Shown: positions 60,783 to 64,000 of the stretch, piece by piece
Layout: the number at the start of each line of letters is the position of its first letter
Position numbering within the stretch: the stretch's first letter is position 1
DNA from: Candidatus Hodarchaeota archaeon
Lineage (GTDB): Archaea > Asgardarchaeota > Lokiarchaeia > Sigyniarchaeales > SOKP01
Length of the DNA: 64,000 bases
Assembly (NCBI GenBank): GCA_048886685.1
Contig: JBHLKM010000015.1
Coordinates: 1 to 64,000, forward strand
Direction of reading: 5' to 3'
The notes under the pieces: model-generated
The model's database searches: none
Seen by the model: only the letters and a program-made list of their open reading frames with translations
Told to the model about the DNA's origin: nothing
Program-made: the position numbers and the translations under genes

Positions 60783-61271
60783 GTGAAGATTTTGGTAAAG
60801 CTCCCAAAAGAAATGCAAGATAAAGTTAAGAATAAACCTAAAAGGCCTCAAGCAGCCCCAAAGAGAGAAGGTGCCCAATTTGGATCAAGACAGATGCGAA
60901 GAAGAATGCAACAACAAGGAATTGAAATGGATCAAATCGAAGCAACAAGAGTTATAATTGAGGGAACAGAAAAAACATTAATACTTGAACAACCTGAAGT
61001 TGTATTAATGAAACAAGCGGATCAAGAGATTTATCAGATAATAGGGCAAGCAGAAGAGCGTTCATCAGAGGATCTTACAATTGTTACTGATGCACAAATT
61101 GAAGATGAGGAATCAATAGAAGAGACAGAAGTTAAACCAACTATAACAGAAAATGATATAATGTTAGTAGCCAGTCAAGCAAATGTCGATAAAAAAGAAG
61201 CTGAAACTGTATTAAAAGAATGTGATGGTGATATTGCTAAGGCAATTCTGTTTTTTAAAAATCGACCTTAA
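60783..61271 (+). CDS. nac: Nascent polypeptide-associated complex protein
   Basis: RQMRRRMQQQGI, YQIIG, UBA-like DIMLVASQA...GDIAKAI. Confidence 0.93.
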   Translation: MKILVKLPKEMQDKVKNKPKRPQAAPKREGAQFGSRQMRRRMQQQGIEMDQIEATRVIIEGTEKTLILEQPEVVLMKQADQEIYQIIGQAEERSSEDLTIVTDAQIEDEESIEETEVKPTITENDIMLVASQANVDKKEAETVLKECDGDIAKAILFFKNRP

Positions 61272-61357
61272 GAGAATTAATTTTTTAAATTTAGAAATCA
61301 TAAAAATTAAGAATTATAAAATTTTTAATATTCAAAAAGAAGATTACATGATAAGGA

Positions 61358-61711
61358 ATGTCAAAAGTTAGGAAAAAACAAATTGAGCGTCAAAAAGTTC
61401 TTTCAGAATTAGATATCAAATTTGAAAAAATTATTCAATTTTCTGGTTGGATATTCTTACTTGTTTTTGGGGGTTTTATTGGAGGTTGGATATTGCTAGA
61501 TACGATGTTAGAAATAATAGATTTAAGTGTAGGTGCTATAACTTTTAGCTTCATAATATTTACTGGAACGAACTCAGCGGTTAGTTTTGGTGTAGCATCA
61601 AAAGTAAAAAAGGACCGAAGTAAAAAAAGAGAAATTTTTCTTGATTGGTTATTAGGAGAATTTCTTTTGTGCATGTTTGCAATATTTTCTGTTGCTGCAT
61701 ATCAATGGTGA
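61358..61711 (+). CDS. Three-TM protein, DAD1/OST2-like
   Basis: 117 aa, 3 TM; SFGVASKVK...REIFLDWLLGEFLL resembles DAD1 SFILAVCLR...ERAFADFLFASTIL. Confidence 0.55.
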   Translation: MSKVRKKQIERQKVLSELDIKFEKIIQFSGWIFLLVFGGFIGGWILLDTMLEIIDLSVGAITFSFIIFTGTNSAVSFGVASKVKKDRSKKREIFLDWLLGEFLLCMFAIFSVAAYQW

Positions 61712-61768
61712 ATGTCTCTTTTTTTATTCACTCTTTCTAGTCTGAAGATTATAAAAATAAAAAAAGAA

Positions 61769-62098
61769 TCATTTATAGTCTTCTCTGGCAGGATGGAAAA
61801 TATCAATCACTTCAGAATCTTCCAAAATTATAGCCCCATGTTTTTCATTTGAGTTAAAAATATATCCATCACCCGTTTTCGCTATAAATTCACCCTTTTC
61901 TGTAAGGATTTTTAATTTTCCCTCTATTACATATCCAATTTGGTCTTCCTTGTGAGAGTGGATGGGGACCTCTGCATTTTGTTCAAGTTTAAAATGGCAT
62001 AACATAAGATTATTATTAAATAATAACGTTTTTCTATAAACTCCTTCAAAAACTCTAATTTGTTTAATATTTTCCTTACTCATGATATTTTTCATCAT
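61769..62098 (-). CDS. Cupin-domain protein
   Basis: PIHSH..DQIGYVIEG, EKHGA, DIFHPAREDY. Confidence 0.9.
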   Translation of the reverse strand: MMKNIMSKENIKQIRVFEGVYRKTLLFNNNLMLCHFKLEQNAEVPIHSHKEDQIGYVIEGKLKILTEKGEFIAKTGDGYIFNSNEKHGAIILEDSEVIDIFHPAREDYK

Positions 62099-62440
62099 TA
62101 TAACTTCCCCCTATTAAACCAATTTGATAAATTTTTTTGTTTAAATACTCACATATTCATTTGTTAAGTAATTATTTAATTTCAAATTTAATAAAGACTG
62201 TAATTTCCTCGACAAAATTTTAGGAGAATGGCAAGTCCAAAAATGATAAATTACAAATCAATTACACTCCAAATAATTATGTATTTTTTTCTGATTTAAA
62301 CAACCAACAAAAGATATTGCAAATAAAGTGTTAATAAAATAACTTTAAATTGGAGAAATAAATAAATTTTTATATCAAAAGAGGTAAAATATTAACGATA
62401 ATAAAGAATTAATAATTCTCTTAGTTCAGATCACGGCACC

Positions 62441-62454
62441 GACAAAATTTTGTC
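62441..62454. promoter_or_regulatory. Perfect palindrome GACAAAATTTTGTC upstream of nrdD
   Basis: 14-bp palindrome; CGACAAAATTTT also occurs at 62210-62221. Confidence 0.35.
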
Positions 62455-62526
62455 TATTTAAGGATATTAGGTTATAGTTCTTTATTGTTAAAGATAATTT
62501 GAATTTGAAAAAACAGAGGTTATAGA

Positions 62527-64000
62527 TTGGTATTGTTATCAGATCCTAAAACTATAAAAGAAAAAGATGGCAAAAAAATAAAGAGGAATTATTTAACAAA
62601 ATTATTACCTCGAGTTTTTAGAACTGAAGGTGATGTTGTACCTTTTGAACCAATTAAAATTGAACAGAGTCTTATTAGAGAAACTGGTTTAGATCAAAGA
62701 TCTGCTGATAGAATTACTGAACTTGTTGTTAGAAGAATAATTTCTTCAGGGATTAAATTTCTATCAGGTCCGCATATTCGAGAAATCGTTTGTTCAATTT
62801 TATCGGAACAACATTTTGAAGAAGAACGTAAAATATATACTAGAATTGGAATGCCAATAATGGATTATGAAGCTATTTTAGAATATGGTGTTGATGAAAA
62901 TGCAAATCAAGATATGAATCCAGAAAGTATTCATCATTGGGCAGCGAATAGAATTTCCGATGAATACGCATTATTGAGAATTTTGGATTCAGAAGAGGCG
63001 CACGCTCATTTATTTGGTGATCTCCATGTTCATATGCTTCGGTATTTCGATTTAAGACCTTTTTGCGTAGATGGTAGTACAAAAATTCCCGTAATCAATA
63101 GAGAAGGGATACTAAACTATATAGAAGCAAAATATTTTGACATTTTTTTTGATGATGAGTCTTATATGAATATTTATAATGAAGGTTATTATTTTTATAC
63201 TCCGAGTGGACCTAGACGAGTGAAAATCGTATCACGAAGAGAATCTGATCCTACTATGTATAAAGTTGTAACTGAGAAAGGAAAAGAAATTATATTAAGT
63301 GAAGATCATAAAATCATGGTCTTTAATAACCATATTCCTGAAGAAATGTCTGTGTCTAATTTAAAAACTGGCGATAAAATTAAGATTTTAGATACCTTAG
63401 TTCACCATAGAAATCTTAATGAGATTAATCTAATAGAATATTTAGAAAAAAAATGCTCATTAGAAGATTTAGAGACTATATACGTAAGAAATCTTAGAGA
63501 AGAACTTCTACATATTAAACATCAACATTCTATTTCATGGGGTGATGTTTTTCAAAAAGCAGAAATATTAGATTATCCTAGAAGTTGGGAATCAGGAAAT
63601 ATACCTATAATTAAAGCAATAAATCTAATTAGAGAATATAATATTGAAATATCTAATTTAGAAATAGGTACTGTAGGTTCTCCATATTTCTTACCTGCTA
63701 TATTACCTATCACCCCATCTCTCCTACAATTAGTAGGTTATTTCGTCTCTGAAGGAAATTATGATATTTCTGAAGGTAATTATTATAATTTAACATTGAC
63801 TAACAGTGATCCTAGGATTTTAGCCGATATGAGATTGTGTATTGAAAATTCATTTGACACGTTTATAACTCCCTGTGAGATTGAAGGTAAAGCACCCCAA
63901 TTATTTTTTGGGGGTAAACTAATTTATCTTCTTTTTAAATATGTTTTCGGAATAAAGTCTAAAGCTGAGAACAAAAGTTTAGGTGAAATTTTTAATAATT
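62527..64000 (+). CDS. nrdD: Class III anaerobic ribonucleotide reductase with ATP cone and intein (partial, runs off the window)
   Basis: TTG after GAGGT; ATP cone (PFEPIKIEQSLIRE...LSGPHIREIV), YTRIGMP, ENAN, HLFGDLHVHMLRYFDLRPF-C. Confidence 0.92.
   Translation, partial: MVLLSDPKTIKEKDGKKIKRNYLTKLLPRVFRTEGDVVPFEPIKIEQSLIRETGLDQRSADRITELVVRRIISSGIKFLSGPHIREIVCSILSEQHFEEERKIYTRIGMPIMDYEAILEYGVDENANQDMNPESIHHWAANRISDEYALLRILDSEEAHAHLFGDLHVHMLRYFDLRPFCVDGSTKIPVINREGILNYIEAKYFDIFFDDESYMNIYNEGYYFYTPSGPRRVKIVSRRESDPTMYKVVTEKGKEIILSEDHKIMVFNNHIPEEMSVSNLKTGDKIKILDTLVHHRNLNEINLIEYLEKKCSLEDLETIYVRNLREELLHIKHQHSISWGDVFQKAEILDYPRSWESGNIPIIKAINLIREYNIEISNLEIGTVGSPYFLPAILPITPSLLQLVGYFVSEGNYDISEGNYYNLTLTNSDPRILADMRLCIENSFDTFITPCEIEGKAPQLFFGGKLIYLLFKYVFGIKSKAENKSLGEIFNN
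63064..64000 (+). mobile_element. Intein with LAGLIDADG homing endonuclease in nrdD (partial)
   Basis: Block A CVDGSTKI, block B YKVVTEKGKEIILSEDHKI, LAGLIDADG-like LLQLVGYFVSEGN. Confidence 0.9.

Noticed and set aside
513-63082. The many 60-130-aa ORFs antisense to or nested in long genes
   Set aside because: They overlap confidently identified genes and lack motifs; treated as shadow ORFs.

Overview
AT-rich archaeal chromosome segment. The gene content (undivided RpoB, PolD, Cdc6, Elf1, roadblock-small GTPase and longin proteins, OST-like subunits) points to an Asgard archaeon, most likely Lokiarchaeia (inference). Most of it is informational housekeeping: nop5/flpA, rnhB, mat, pelA, rtcB/archease, carS, cdc6, DP1/DP2, cbf5, rpoH/rpoB, tfe, mbf1, pan, nac, and a partial nrdD with an intein. 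Main result: rnhB is interrupted inside its catalytic DEAGRGP motif by a 30-nt, stop-containing insert (2925-2954). The insert folds into a bulge-helix-bulge (BHB) motif, and cutting by the standard EndA rule restores the frame exactly, so it is a probable tRNA-type mRNA intron. All three tRNA genes also carry BHB introns (four in total, all at non-canonical positions), and the RtcB ligase and archease are encoded in the window. Other highlights: (1) an 8-gene operon with an ATPase-dead SMC-like protein, a KITE/MAGE-like protein, an AAA ATPase and a Zn-ribbon/PC4-like protein; (2) an unannotated 51-aa WH2-like micro-protein, plus a polyproline/WH2-like protein next to a BAR-like helical protein; (3) tandem AN1-zinc-finger membrane (pseudo)proteases; (4) a LITAF-like micro-protein; (5) OST5- and DAD1-like genes. 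All family calls come from visual motif recognition; no searches were run.
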